From an uncultured Spirochaetota bacterium (GTDB taxonomy: Bacteria; Spirochaetota; Spirochaetia; SZUA-6; CAVTHK01): a stretch of DNA of 64,000 bases. The notes below the pieces were generated by a model. It was not told the origin of the DNA, searched no databases, and worked only from the letters and a program-made list of their open reading frames with translations. The stretch covers positions 1 to 64,000 of the forward strand of contig CAVTHK010000012.1 of NCBI GenBank assembly GCA_963734495.1, read 5' to 3'. Of the stretch, positions 40,413 through 50,507 are shown piece by piece (the stretch's first letter is position 1; the number at the start of each line of letters is the position of its first letter). A program made the translations under genes and the position numbers.

Positions 40413-42872
40413 ATGCCCGACCGTGAGGAATTGCTCGCCGCGATCGCCCGCGAGGAGGCTCGCCTCGCCGCACTTACCGCCGAGGTCGACACGAGCGGTG
40501 TCCGTTTGGCGGAGCTCCGCGAGCAACTGGCCGCTGCCCGATCTGAACCGTGTCCCTCGTCGACCTCGCCGCCCATGCCGAACGCGGCCAAGGTCGCCCT
40601 GTTTCGTTCGCTGTTCCGCGGTCGTGAAGATGTCTTTGCCCGCCGATGGGAAAACGCGAAGCGCGGAACGTCGGGATACTCCCCCGCGTGCGCCAACGAA
40701 TGGGAGTATGGCCTATGCGCCAAGAAGAGAACACCCGTCACCGGCCGCCGTGCGACGTGCTGGGAATGCCCGAACCAGGCGTTCATCACGCTCAGCGACG
40801 GCGAGATCGTCAGACATCTTCGTGGCGACCAGGTCATAGGGGTCTACGCTCTCTTGCGCGACGAGAGTTGCTGGTTTCTCGCGGTCGATTTCGACGGTGA
40901 GTCCTGGAAGGAGGACGTTGCAGCCTTCACCAAATCTTGTGAGATGAACAGTGTCCCTGTGGCGATCGAACGGTCCCGGTCGGGCAACGGCGCACATGCC
41001 TGGTTCTTCTTTACATCGCCAGTGGAGGCGATCACCGCGCGCAAGCTCGGCTGCTTCCTCATCACCGATGCCATGACCCGCCGGCACCAGCTCTCGATGG
41101 CGTCCTACGACCGGCTGTTCCCCAACCAGGACACCATGCCCAAGGGGGGCTTCGGCAACCTGATCGCGCTTCCTCTGCAGCGTCACCCGCGTGACGCGGG
41201 CAACTCCGTGTTTGTCGATTCGGCGCTCAAGCCATGGCCAGACCAGTGGGCCTTTCTGGCCGGCACGAAACGGCTCGATCCAACTTTCGTCCATGCGCTG
41301 GCCGAAGAAGCCAGCCGCCGCGGGCAGGTGATCGGCGTCCGCATGGCTGACACCCTCGACGAGGACGACCGAACGCCTTGGGACCGACCGCCTTCGGGTC
41401 GTCTGAGAGAGGGCGTGATCAGCGAACCGCTGCCGCAGAAGGTCAAGGCGGTGTTGAGCCAGCGACTGTTCATCGAGAAGGCAGGCCTGCCGTCTCCTCT
41501 GCTCAATCAGCTCATGCGGCTGGCAGCCTTCCAGAACCCAGAGTTCCACAAGAAGCAGAGCATGCGGCTATCTACGGCGCTCACGCCCCGGGTGATCGCC
41601 TGTGCCGAGGACCTCCCCGAGCACATCGCCCTTCCCCGTGGCTGTCTGCCGGAGGTTGACGCGGTCCTTCGCGAGCACGGGGTCACGCTCGCCGTCGAGG
41701 ACAGGCGCGAAGACGGCTCCTCGGTCGACTTCGCATTCCACGGGAAGTTGACACCGCTCCAGGAACAGGCCGCGAAGGCGCTGCTCGAGCACGACACCGG
41801 GGTGTTCGTTGCGCCGCCGGGCATCGGCAAGACGGTGGTTGGCACGTACCTGGTCGCGGCCCGGAAGAGGAGTACGCTTATCCTCGTCCACCGCAAGCCG
41901 CTCCTCGATCAGTGGATCGGCCAGCTCGCGATGTTCCTCGGCCTCGAGCCCAGGGACATCGGCCAGATCGGCGCGGGCAGGGCGAAACCCAATGGCCGGC
42001 TCGACGTGGCCATGGTCCAGAGCCTCGTCCGCAAGGGTGCGGTCGCTGACCTCGTGGCCGGCTACGGCCAGGTCATCCAGGATGAGGCACACCATTGCCC
42101 GGCGGTCAGCTTTGAGCGCGTTCTTGCCGAGGCAAAGGCTCGATATGTCGTCGGCCTCACCGCGACACCCCAGCGCCGCGACGGACACCAGCCGATCCTC
42201 CACATGCAGCTCGGGCCCGTGCGGTTCGCCGTGGACGCGAAGAGCCAGTCTGCCCGGCGTCCGTTCGGCCACGAGCTCGTCGCCAGGGAGACGGGCTTTC
42301 TGGCCACGGGCGTTCCCAATGACGCCGGCATCCAGGAGCTCTACGCTGCGCTCGCGGCCGACGAACGCCGCAACGACCTCATCTTCGACGACGTGGTCCA
42401 CGCCCTCGAGGAGAGGCGATCGCCGATTCTGCTGACCGAACGCCGAGACCACCTGGAACATTTCGCGGACCGGCTTGCGAGCTTCACGCGCCACCTCATC
42501 GTGCTCCGCGGCGGCATGACGGCCAAGGAGCGGCGGGACGTGATCGCGCGGCTCGCGTCGATCCCCGACGGCGAGGAGAGGCTGCTCATTGCCACGGGCA
42601 GGTACATCGGCGAGGGCTTTGACGACGCCCGGCTCGACACGCTGTTCCTGGCGCTGCCGGTCTCGTGGAAGGGGACGCTCATCCAGTACACCGGCCGGCT
42701 GCACCGCCAGCACCCGAACAAGACCGAGGTGCGCATCTTCGACTATGTGGACCGCGCCGTACCGATGCTGGCAAGGATGTTCGAGAAGCGCCTGCGCGGC
42801 TACCGGGCGATCGGCTACACCCGCGTAGAGGCACCGCGCCGGCTGCAGGAAGAGAACGACGGCAAGAGCTGA
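40413..42872 (+). CDS. Archaeo-eukaryotic primase-like (TOTE-type) domain fused to SF2 helicase
   Basis: LFRGREDV, FLAVDFD, ERSRSGNGAHAW, DRLFPNQD, GNLIALPLQ; APPGIGKT, DEAHH, GLTATP, GEGFD, QYTGRLHR. Confidence 0.9.
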   Translation: MPDREELLAAIAREEARLAALTAEVDTSGVRLAELREQLAAARSEPCPSSTSPPMPNAAKVALFRSLFRGREDVFARRWENAKRGTSGYSPACANEWEYGLCAKKRTPVTGRRATCWECPNQAFITLSDGEIVRHLRGDQVIGVYALLRDESCWFLAVDFDGESWKEDVAAFTKSCEMNSVPVAIERSRSGNGAHAWFFFTSPVEAITARKLGCFLITDAMTRRHQLSMASYDRLFPNQDTMPKGGFGNLIALPLQRHPRDAGNSVFVDSALKPWPDQWAFLAGTKRLDPTFVHALAEEASRRGQVIGVRMADTLDEDDRTPWDRPPSGRLREGVISEPLPQKVKAVLSQRLFIEKAGLPSPLLNQLMRLAAFQNPEFHKKQSMRLSTALTPRVIACAEDLPEHIALPRGCLPEVDAVLREHGVTLAVEDRREDGSSVDFAFHGKLTPLQEQAAKALLEHDTGVFVAPPGIGKTVVGTYLVAARKRSTLILVHRKPLLDQWIGQLAMFLGLEPRDIGQIGAGRAKPNGRLDVAMVQSLVRKGAVADLVAGYGQVIQDEAHHCPAVSFERVLAEAKARYVVGLTATPQRRDGHQPILHMQLGPVRFAVDAKSQSARRPFGHELVARETGFLATGVPNDAGIQELYAALAADERRNDLIFDDVVHALEERRSPILLTERRDHLEHFADRLASFTRHLIVLRGGMTAKERRDVIARLASIPDGEERLLIATGRYIGEGFDDARLDTLFLALPVSWKGTLIQYTGRLHRQHPNKTEVRIFDYVDRAVPMLARMFEKRLRGYRAIGYTRVEAPRRLQEENDGKS

Positions 42873-42933
42873 GCAGCCTGCGCACAAAAGGAAGAGCCTC
42901 ACGAACCGTCTGTCGACCGCGAGGCTCGATCGA

Positions 42934-43263
42934 ATGATCGAGGGAGCCGTCGTCGATGCCTATGGAGAGGCCGAGCAGGCAACCGCGTTCTACACGATGC
43001 TCGATGAGAACCTCGTTGTACCGTTTCGGACTGTTGTGCTCGGTGTCGAAGTCACGGTCGAAAGCGTTGACATGATCGGCCATGACCAGATCGTCGCGAT
43101 CTGCTCGCGCGGCAAATCGCGACAGCGTGTCCCGATTCTGGATCTCCCGCTGCCCGATCCGCCTCCCGTGGGTGCCGAGTGGATTGAGGCCTTTCGCCGC
43201 TGGACGCCTGAACTCCGCCCCCCCGACCGCAAGGGTCGGCGGAGGGGTACGGGCCGCGCATAG
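42934..43263 (+). CDS. Conserved small protein (so-called calcium-binding family)
   Basis: VVDAYGEAEQ..FYTML...PF...LDLPLP..GAEWIEAFRRW; true start may be upstream. Confidence 0.65.
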   Translation: MIEGAVVDAYGEAEQATAFYTMLDENLVVPFRTVVLGVEVTVESVDMIGHDQIVAICSRGKSRQRVPILDLPLPDPPPVGAEWIEAFRRWTPELRPPDRKGRRRGTGRA

Positions 43264-43470
43264 ACCCCCGCGATGGGCTCGCAGAAGTCGAGAATCGTTG
43301 TTGGCCTCCTCGGAGCTGTCGAACAGCGGAGACTGCCGGCGAAAGACTCCGCGCCTTCGTTCGGGTACGGCGCGGATCGGCCGGTTCTCGCGGACACTTC
43401 TGGACACTGCCGATTTCGTTGACGTCGGCAGGCGATCGCCCTATCATGCGGCGGCTGTGGGAGCTTGCAG

Positions 43471-44292
43471 GTGTTCAAGCTGGCGGTGACGGCTGGCACG
43501 CATTCCGCATCGCCGCAGGCGCTGGTGGTATTTCGGGGCCTCGACGAAAGCGCGCCGGTAGCCAAAGAGCTGGGCTACGGGGGTCTGGAGATCGCCGTAG
43601 CTGCGAGAGAAGACCTCGACTCCCGCTCGTTGCGTCTTCTGCTTGCTCGCTACGAGCTGGACGTGCCCGTGTTCTCGACAGGCCAGATGTCGCGGGTGCT
43701 CGGGCTGCATTTCAGCGATCCTGATCCCGACACGCGGAACCGCGCCGTTGATGTCTTTAAGGGAATCGTCGATCTGGCGGGTGAGTTCGGAGCGGATGTC
43801 AATGTCAGCCTCGTGCGGGGGTGGCTGCCTGACGGTGGGGATCCGAAAGAGGCGCTGGGATGGGTCACGGCCTGCCTCGAAGCGGCGTGTCGCCGTGCCG
43901 AGAGGCACGGGTCTCGTCTGCTTCTGGAACAGATGAACCGCTACGAGACCAACTACCTGAACAGCGCCGCCGAAGTCGGCGAGTACATCAGGGCGATCGG
44001 CATTCCCAACCTCAAACTGCACGCCGACACCTTCCACATGAACATAGAGGATCGCGACATTCCGGGCACCCTCGAGGAGTATCGATCCGAGCTCGGCTAC
44101 GTCCACTTTGCGGACAGCAATCGGCTGGCCCCGGGCTCGGGCCACCTGGACTTTGCCGGCGTCGTCGGAGCCCTCGCGCGGATTGGCTACACCGGCTGGG
44201 TCGGGCTGGAAGTTCTGAGAGTCCCGAACGCGATTCAGGCCGCCAAAAGCTCAATAGAGTACTTGCGGGGCCTGTCCACCATAGAAGCATGA
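43471..44292 (+). CDS. Sugar phosphate isomerase/epimerase (xylose-isomerase-like TIM barrel)
   Basis: EQMNRYET, DTFHMNIE, HFADSNRLAPGSGH; TTGACG-17-TATCAT promoter upstream. Confidence 0.9.
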   Translation: MFKLAVTAGTHSASPQALVVFRGLDESAPVAKELGYGGLEIAVAAREDLDSRSLRLLLARYELDVPVFSTGQMSRVLGLHFSDPDPDTRNRAVDVFKGIVDLAGEFGADVNVSLVRGWLPDGGDPKEALGWVTACLEAACRRAERHGSRLLLEQMNRYETNYLNSAAEVGEYIRAIGIPNLKLHADTFHMNIEDRDIPGTLEEYRSELGYVHFADSNRLAPGSGHLDFAGVVGALARIGYTGWVGLEVLRVPNAIQAAKSSIEYLRGLSTIEA

Positions 44293-44308
44293 GAACACAG
44301 GTGATGAG

Positions 44309-45247
44309 ATGAACACGGCTCTCGTTTTCGTGAACTTGAAGCGCTTTGATGTTCCCAGGGACAGGGGTGGAGTCTGCCCTGACACGGACCCGAAGCGGTG
44401 GATCCAGGGCGTGATGCGCCGAAGCGTCGACCTGGGGCTTGGAAGGAACCCGGGGCTGCGACTCGTGTACCTGGCTCCCGAAGCCCTCATTCTTCCGGCG
44501 GTCGAAGCGCTTGGCGCTCACTCGGGGATTGACGTCGGATGTCAGGGGGTCTTTCGCGAAGACGTCACCCACGGCGGCAACTTCGGTGCTTTCACCACAA
44601 ACCTGCCGGCTGCGGCTGCGGCGAACCTCGGCTGCCGCTGGTCCATCATCGGCCATTCGGAGGAGCGAAAGGACAAGACCCAGATCCTGCAAGCCTACGA
44701 TCCGGCCGTCGTGGCGGAGCCCGAGGCGGAACGGAGAGCCGCCGAAGCCGTGGGCCGTCTCATGAATGCGGAGGTTCTGCGTGCTCTGGAGGCGACCCTC
44801 GATGTCCTGGTGTGCCTCGGAGAAAGCGCAGCGGAGCGGGGTGGCGGCTCCTTCGAGGAGCAGGCGCCGCGCGTCCAGGCGGTCTTGCAGGGACAGGTTC
44901 GGATCGCGCTGCAGAGGGTGTCCGCTCATCTCCCTGGTCGAAGGCTCGTGATCGGGTACGAGCCCGTCTGGGCAATCGGGCCTGGCAAGACTCCGCCCGG
45001 CGGAGAGTACATCGACTTCGTCGCCGGCATAGTCAAGAGTGCAGCACACAGCGAATTCGCCCTGGAGGTGCCCGTCGTCTACGGCGGCGGCCTCAAGCGC
45101 GAGAACGCGGCGGAAGTCGGCAGGGCAGCCAACGTGGACGGCGGGCTCGTGGCGCTCACCAGGTTCACGCCGCCCGTCGGGTTCGATCCCGAGGAGCTCG
45201 CCCGCATCGTGGAGGCGTACCTCCAGGGCAAGGAGCGCGGCCGATGA
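44309..45247 (+). CDS. Triosephosphate-isomerase family paralog
   Basis: NLK, GAFT, IIGHSEER, YEPVWAIG, VVYGGG. Confidence 0.9.
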   Translation: MNTALVFVNLKRFDVPRDRGGVCPDTDPKRWIQGVMRRSVDLGLGRNPGLRLVYLAPEALILPAVEALGAHSGIDVGCQGVFREDVTHGGNFGAFTTNLPAAAAANLGCRWSIIGHSEERKDKTQILQAYDPAVVAEPEAERRAAEAVGRLMNAEVLRALEATLDVLVCLGESAAERGGGSFEEQAPRVQAVLQGQVRIALQRVSAHLPGRRLVIGYEPVWAIGPGKTPPGGEYIDFVAGIVKSAAHSEFALEVPVVYGGGLKRENAAEVGRAANVDGGLVALTRFTPPVGFDPEELARIVEAYLQGKERGR

Positions 45248-46692
45248 AGCGGGTGGCCTTTGAATACGGCGAGGGATACCTGGAGGCGGAGCTGCCGGAA
45301 AGCGCGAGCATCTTTGTGCCCGGGGAGACCGTTCCCGATCCGCCGGCCATTTCCGAGGGCCGCCTGCGGGAGGAAACGCGCAAATCGATCACCAGTCCCA
45401 TCGGCATGCCTCCGATCCGCGAGCTGGTCAAGGAGGGGTCCCGGGTCACGATTGTCTTTCCAGACCGCGTCAAGGGAGGGTTTCAGTCTTCCAGCCACCG
45501 GAAGACGGCGATCCCTTTGGTCATCGAGGAGTGCGAGGCAGCCGGTGTCCGCAGGGCGGACATCAGGCTCGTGTGTTCGAACGGGCTTCATCGGAAGAAC
45601 ACGCAACAGGAAATGCGGATGATGCTGGGCGAGGAGCTCTTTGACGAGCTCTGGGCGCGCGGTCAGATCGATAACCACGATTCCGAGGACTGGGACAACC
45701 TGGTCGACCTGGGCAAGGACGAGCTGGGAGACCCGGTGATCATGAATCGGGAGGTCTTCGAGAGCGACTTGTCCGTCCTCATCGGCCACACCCTCGGGAA
45801 TCCCTACGGCGGCTACTCGGGAGGCTACAAGCACTGTGCGACCGGTATCACGCACTGGCGCACCATCGCCGCGAGTCACGTTCCTGCGGTGATGCATCGC
45901 CCGGACTTTACTCCGGTTTCCGGTAAGAGTCTCATGCGCGCAAAGTTCGACGCCATCGGCCGGCATATCGAGAAGAAGATGGGCCGGAAGTTCTTCATGT
46001 GCGACGCGGTGCTGGACACGATGGCGCGCCAGATCGCCGTGTTCAGTGGTTACGGCGAGCATGTGCAGCCCGCCTCATGGCACGTGGCCGACCAGCGCAC
46101 ATATGTCCCCTGGGCCGAAAAGAAGCACGACGTGATGATCTTCGGCATGCCGCAGTCATTCCACTACGGCAACGGACACGGAACGAACCCGATCCTGATC
46201 ATGCAGGCGATTGCGGCAAACGTGATCCGCCACCGGCGGGTTCTCTCGGACCGCAGCGTCGTGATCTGTTCTTCTCTCTGCAACGGGTTCTTCAACGACG
46301 AGGAGTTTCCCGCCTATCGGGAGCTGTTCGAGCTGTTCCAGAAGGACGGCCACGACACGCTGCCCGACCTCGAAGAGCACGGCGAGTATTTCTGCGGCAA
46401 GGAAGAATACGTCAAGGCCTATCGATTCAACTATGGATACCATCCCTATCACGGCTTCTCCATGGTGAGCTGCGGTCACATCGCGGAGCAGCATTGCGCC
46501 GCCGTCTACATCGTCGGCGCTCAGCAGCCGGGCATGGCTCGTGCGATGGGGGCAAAGACCCGCGCCACCTTTGCGGAGGCTCTCGAGGACGCCAGGCAGA
46601 AGTACGTGGGACCGACACCCGACATCCTGGCCTTGCCCCGCACATTTAAGACCGCCGGCGTCCACCTGATGATGAAGGGCGATCGGCCCTGA
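45244..46692 (+). CDS. Lactate-racemase (LarA) domain protein
   Basis: PIGMPPI, SNGLHRK, NHDSED, YSGGYK. Confidence 0.85.
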   Translation: MKRVAFEYGEGYLEAELPESASIFVPGETVPDPPAISEGRLREETRKSITSPIGMPPIRELVKEGSRVTIVFPDRVKGGFQSSSHRKTAIPLVIEECEAAGVRRADIRLVCSNGLHRKNTQQEMRMMLGEELFDELWARGQIDNHDSEDWDNLVDLGKDELGDPVIMNREVFESDLSVLIGHTLGNPYGGYSGGYKHCATGITHWRTIAASHVPAVMHRPDFTPVSGKSLMRAKFDAIGRHIEKKMGRKFFMCDAVLDTMARQIAVFSGYGEHVQPASWHVADQRTYVPWAEKKHDVMIFGMPQSFHYGNGHGTNPILIMQAIAANVIRHRRVLSDRSVVICSSLCNGFFNDEEFPAYRELFELFQKDGHDTLPDLEEHGEYFCGKEEYVKAYRFNYGYHPYHGFSMVSCGHIAEQHCAAVYIVGAQQPGMARAMGAKTRATFAEALEDARQKYVGPTPDILALPRTFKTAGVHLMMKGDRP

Positions 46693-46785
46693 ACTGTTCG
46701 TTCCGCCGTGAGCGGCGCTGCGCCGGAGGCCCCCGGGCTGAGCGCCGTGTTCCATCGTCGGGCGCGACCCTCTGGTCCCCTCTTG

Positions 46786-46814
46786 TTGACAGCCCGCTAG
46801 GCGCACCCTACTAT
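46786..46814 (+). promoter_or_regulatory. Sigma70 promoter of ABC operon 2
   Basis: TTGACA-17nt-TACTAT. Confidence 0.65.
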
Positions 46815-46914
46815 GACCGCGAGCGGTCGTAGGAAATGCCTGGCGCTCATCAGGTCGCAGGTGAAAAACGTCGCAGTCCCACACGTCAAGGCCGAGGCCT
46901 TGGGAGGTGAAGTC

Positions 46915-48480
46915 ATGAAGAGACTGGTGCTCGTTGCGCTCATCGCGCTCGCGGCGGCGGCCGTATGGGCCGCGGGCGACAAGGAAGCGGCCACGCCGCA
47001 GCAGAAGCTCACGCTCACGTTCTGGGTACCCCTGGGGTTCAAGCAGCAGACGGTCATGAACTCCTGGGACGGGATCGAGTTCTTCAAGGCGGTCGAGCAG
47101 AAGACGAACGTCAAGCTGCAGTTCCTCCACCCGCCCGTCGGCGGCGAGGTCGAGCAGCGGAACGCCATGATCGCGGCCAGGAACCTGCCCGACGTCATGT
47201 ACACGAACTGGGACAGCATCCCCGGCGGGCCGGGCAAGATGATCTCCGATGGCATCATCATCGACATCGACCCCCTGCTGAAAAAGAACGCGCCCGCGCT
47301 CCTCGCCTACTGGGCCAAAAACCCCGAGCTGCGGCAGTACACCTACACCGACGAAAAGCAGTGCTACGGCATGCCGTACTATTGGCCCGCGGGCGGCGGC
47401 TATATCTACCACTTCGGGTTCGTGATCCGCGGCGACTGGGCGACCAGGCTCAACGTCAAGCCGCCGGCGAACGTCGACGAGTGGTATACGTACCTCAAGG
47501 CGGTCAAGCAGGGCGACCCTAACGGAAACAAGACAGCCGACGAGCTGCCGTTCGTCGCGCAGGGGTACGGCGGGCTTCTCCAGACGCAGCGTATGTTCGG
47601 CATCGAGCCCAACGTGCTCTTCTACAACGAGAAAGGGACCGTCGTCACCGCGGTCAACCAGCCGGAGTACCGCCAGTGGCTGCTCACCATGGCCAGGTGG
47701 TACCGCGAGGGGCTCATCGACCGGGACGTCCTGTCGACCAACCGCCAGATGCTGGACAACAAGGTCCTCACCAACCTCGCGGGTTCCCTCTGGTCCGGTG
47801 CGGGTACGGGACAGCTCGGCCTTTACATGCGACAAAAGCAAAACGCAAACGACAAGGTCTTTTCGCTCGACCCGGTCCCGATCCCGACGACAGCCAAAGG
47901 CGAGCGGCTCGGCTGGCTCAAGATCATCCCCGACGTCGCGGCCGGGATCACCACGGCCAACAAGCACCCCGCCGAGAGCATCCGCTACTTCGACTATTTC
48001 TTCACCGACGAGGGGCACCTGCTTTCACAACTCGGTCCCGAGGGCGTGGCCTACAAGAAAGCCAACGGCGACATCGCGTTCAACGACCTCGTCACAAAAA
48101 ACCCCGACGGTCTCTCCTTTGACTCGGCGCTGATCAAGCACGGCCTGGCTCCGATGGACTTTGTCGGGTACCAGTGGCCGGGTTACTGGAAGTTCAACAT
48201 CTCCTTTACCCCGCAGGCGGCCTCCAGCGACAAGCTGTGGTCGAACTACACCGTCAACAAGCTGCTCACCGGGCTGCGGTTCACCACGGCCGAGGCGTCC
48301 AAGGTGGCTTCGATCACCAACGACGTGCAGGCGCTCGTCGAGGAGACCGTCTCCAAGATCATCCTGGGCCAGTGGGACATCGCCAAGTACGACGACATGG
48401 TGAACCAGGTGAAGAAGGCGGGCATCGAGGACCTCAGGGCGATCTACGCCGCCGCGTACGAGCGCAGCACGAAACGCTAG
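46915..48480 (+). CDS. Extracellular solute-binding protein
   Basis: Signal peptide, DPNGNKTADELP, WYREGLID; paralog of 2611-4243. Confidence 0.9.
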   Translation: MKRLVLVALIALAAAAVWAAGDKEAATPQQKLTLTFWVPLGFKQQTVMNSWDGIEFFKAVEQKTNVKLQFLHPPVGGEVEQRNAMIAARNLPDVMYTNWDSIPGGPGKMISDGIIIDIDPLLKKNAPALLAYWAKNPELRQYTYTDEKQCYGMPYYWPAGGGYIYHFGFVIRGDWATRLNVKPPANVDEWYTYLKAVKQGDPNGNKTADELPFVAQGYGGLLQTQRMFGIEPNVLFYNEKGTVVTAVNQPEYRQWLLTMARWYREGLIDRDVLSTNRQMLDNKVLTNLAGSLWSGAGTGQLGLYMRQKQNANDKVFSLDPVPIPTTAKGERLGWLKIIPDVAAGITTANKHPAESIRYFDYFFTDEGHLLSQLGPEGVAYKKANGDIAFNDLVTKNPDGLSFDSALIKHGLAPMDFVGYQWPGYWKFNISFTPQAASSDKLWSNYTVNKLLTGLRFTTAEASKVASITNDVQALVEETVSKIILGQWDIAKYDDMVNQVKKAGIEDLRAIYAAAYERSTKR

Positions 48481-48494
48481 CCACGGAACCAGCC

Positions 48495-48532
48495 GGAAGG
48501 CTGCGGGCGGAACGGTCCGCCTGCGGCCTTCC
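48495..48532 (+). terminator. Intercistronic hairpin after the binding-protein gene
   Basis: GGAAGGCTGCGGGCGGA-ACGG-TCCGCCTGCGGCCTTCC. Confidence 0.55.
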
Positions 48533-48552
48533 TCTGTCGGGGGACACCGGGC

Positions 48553-49494
48553 ATGGGCGCAAGCACTCTGGGTCGGCGCCTCGGCAGCGAGTATGCGCTG
48601 ATCCGGAAAGACCTGCGGCGCCGGCCGCACGTCTACCTCATGATCGTGCCGGTGCTCGCGTTCTACGTCGTCTTTCACTACGCGCCGCTGGTGGGCGCCA
48701 TCATCGCCTTCAAGGATTTCTCCCCCAAGGCCGGGATCTTCGGCAGCCCCTGGGTGGGGTTCAAGCACTTTCAGGCGTTCTTCGCAAGCATCTACTTCGT
48801 GCGCATCCTCAGCAACACTCTGATCATCAGCGCTCTGGACATCCTGTTCGGATTCCCCGCGCCGATCATCCTGGCACTGCTGATCAATGAGCTCAACGCC
48901 CGGACGTTCAAGCGGACCATTCAGACGGTCAGCTACCTGCCGCATTTTATCTCGATCGTAGTCATCTGCGGGCTGATCCGGGACTTTTTCGCGTCGACGG
49001 GGGTGGTCAACGAGATCGCGGCGGGCCTCGGGCTGTCGGTCCAGCAGTACCTCAATGACCCCCGGTGGTTCCGCTCGATCTACGTCGGCTCCAACGTCTG
49101 GCAGACCTTTGGCTGGAACAGCATCATCTACCTGGCGGCCCTTACCTCGATCAACCCGCAGCTCTACGAGGCCGCCCGGATGGACGGCGCCGGCCGCTGG
49201 AGGCAGACCGTCGCCATCACCCTTCCCGGAATCCTCCCGGTGACGGTCACGCTGCTCATCCTGCGGATCGGCAACGTGATGTCGGTAGGCTTCGAGAAGA
49301 TCATCCTGCTCTACAACCCTCTCACGTACGAGACCGCGGAGGTGATATCGACGTTCGTGTACAAAAAGGGCATCCTCGAGATGAGCTACAGCTACAGCGC
49401 GGCCATCGGTCTCTTCAACGCTGCCATCAACTGCCTCTTCCTCGTGATGGCCAACGGCCTCAGCCGCAAGGTCAACGAGACTTCGATCTGGTGA
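48553..49494 (+). CDS. Carbohydrate ABC transporter permease
   Basis: YLPHFIS, LYEAARMDGAGRW. Confidence 0.9.
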   Translation: MGASTLGRRLGSEYALIRKDLRRRPHVYLMIVPVLAFYVVFHYAPLVGAIIAFKDFSPKAGIFGSPWVGFKHFQAFFASIYFVRILSNTLIISALDILFGFPAPIILALLINELNARTFKRTIQTVSYLPHFISIVVICGLIRDFFASTGVVNEIAAGLGLSVQQYLNDPRWFRSIYVGSNVWQTFGWNSIIYLAALTSINPQLYEAARMDGAGRWRQTVAITLPGILPVTVTLLILRIGNVMSVGFEKIILLYNPLTYETAEVISTFVYKKGILEMSYSYSAAIGLFNAAINCLFLVMANGLSRKVNETSIW

Positions 49495-49501
49495 GCCCCG
49501 G

Positions 49502-50407
49502 ATGAACGTTCAGGCGCGGCGCGGCATGAGGATCAGGGACCCCATCGGGCAGAGGGTCTTTAGCGTCTTCAACTACGTGATCCTCACCCTCGTCATCGGC
49601 TTGACACTCTACCCGTTCTGGCACGCCGTCATGGTCTCCCTGAGCCGGGCCTCGCTCTACATGAATCACCGCGGGCTGCTTTTCGGTCCGCTCGGCTTCG
49701 ACCTGGCGTCGTTCCGCGCCGTGTTTCGCAACCCGAACGTCGGCTACGGGTTCTACAACTCCTTTGTCAACATCACGGTCGGCACCTCGCTGGCGGCTCT
49801 GCTCACGCTCTTTGCGGCCTACGCCCTGTGCCAGAAGGAGTTCTATTTCCGCAAGGCCCTGATGATCCTGATGGTCGTCACCATGTTCGTGTCGGGCGGC
49901 CTGATCCCGCTCTACCTGACCGTCTACTACCTCAAGCTCATCAACACGCGCTGGGCCCTGATCCTGCCGCCGCTGCTGAGCACCTACAACATCATCGTGA
50001 CGCGGGTGTACTTTGCCTCGATCCCAGACAGCCTCCAGGAGTCGGCCTTGATGGACGGGGCCACCGATTCGCGGGTGCTCTTCAGCATCTTTCTGCCCGT
50101 GTCCAAGCCGATTATCGCGGTCATTCTGCTGTTCTACACCGTCGAGAAGTGGAACGCCTGGTTCCTGGCATCGATCTTTCTCAACCGCCGCCCGCTCTTC
50201 CCGATCTCGCTGATCCTCCGCGAGATCCTCATATCGAACGACACCAGCTCGCTGGTGTCCAATATCGACGTCACCGACAAGGAACCGATTTCCGACACGA
50301 TCAAGTACGCGATCATGGTCATCACCGTACTGCCGGTGGTGATCATCTACCCCTTCCTGCAGAGGTACTTCATCACCGGCGTGATGCTCGGTTCGGTCAA
50401 AGAATAG
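49502..50407 (+). CDS. Carbohydrate ABC transporter permease
   Basis: ESALMDGA, YPFLQRYFITGVMLGSVKE. Confidence 0.9.
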   Translation: MNVQARRGMRIRDPIGQRVFSVFNYVILTLVIGLTLYPFWHAVMVSLSRASLYMNHRGLLFGPLGFDLASFRAVFRNPNVGYGFYNSFVNITVGTSLAALLTLFAAYALCQKEFYFRKALMILMVVTMFVSGGLIPLYLTVYYLKLINTRWALILPPLLSTYNIIVTRVYFASIPDSLQESALMDGATDSRVLFSIFLPVSKPIIAVILLFYTVEKWNAWFLASIFLNRRPLFPISLILREILISNDTSSLVSNIDVTDKEPISDTIKYAIMVITVLPVVIIYPFLQRYFITGVMLGSVKE

Positions 50408-50507
50408 CCGCGCCGCGCGTACGGCGGCCCCGGGGCCCCGCTGCGGAACCGGCGCGCCGGGCGACCGCGTCCCGCGACAGCGCCGGCCCGCACTCCCGCG
50501 AGGGGCG

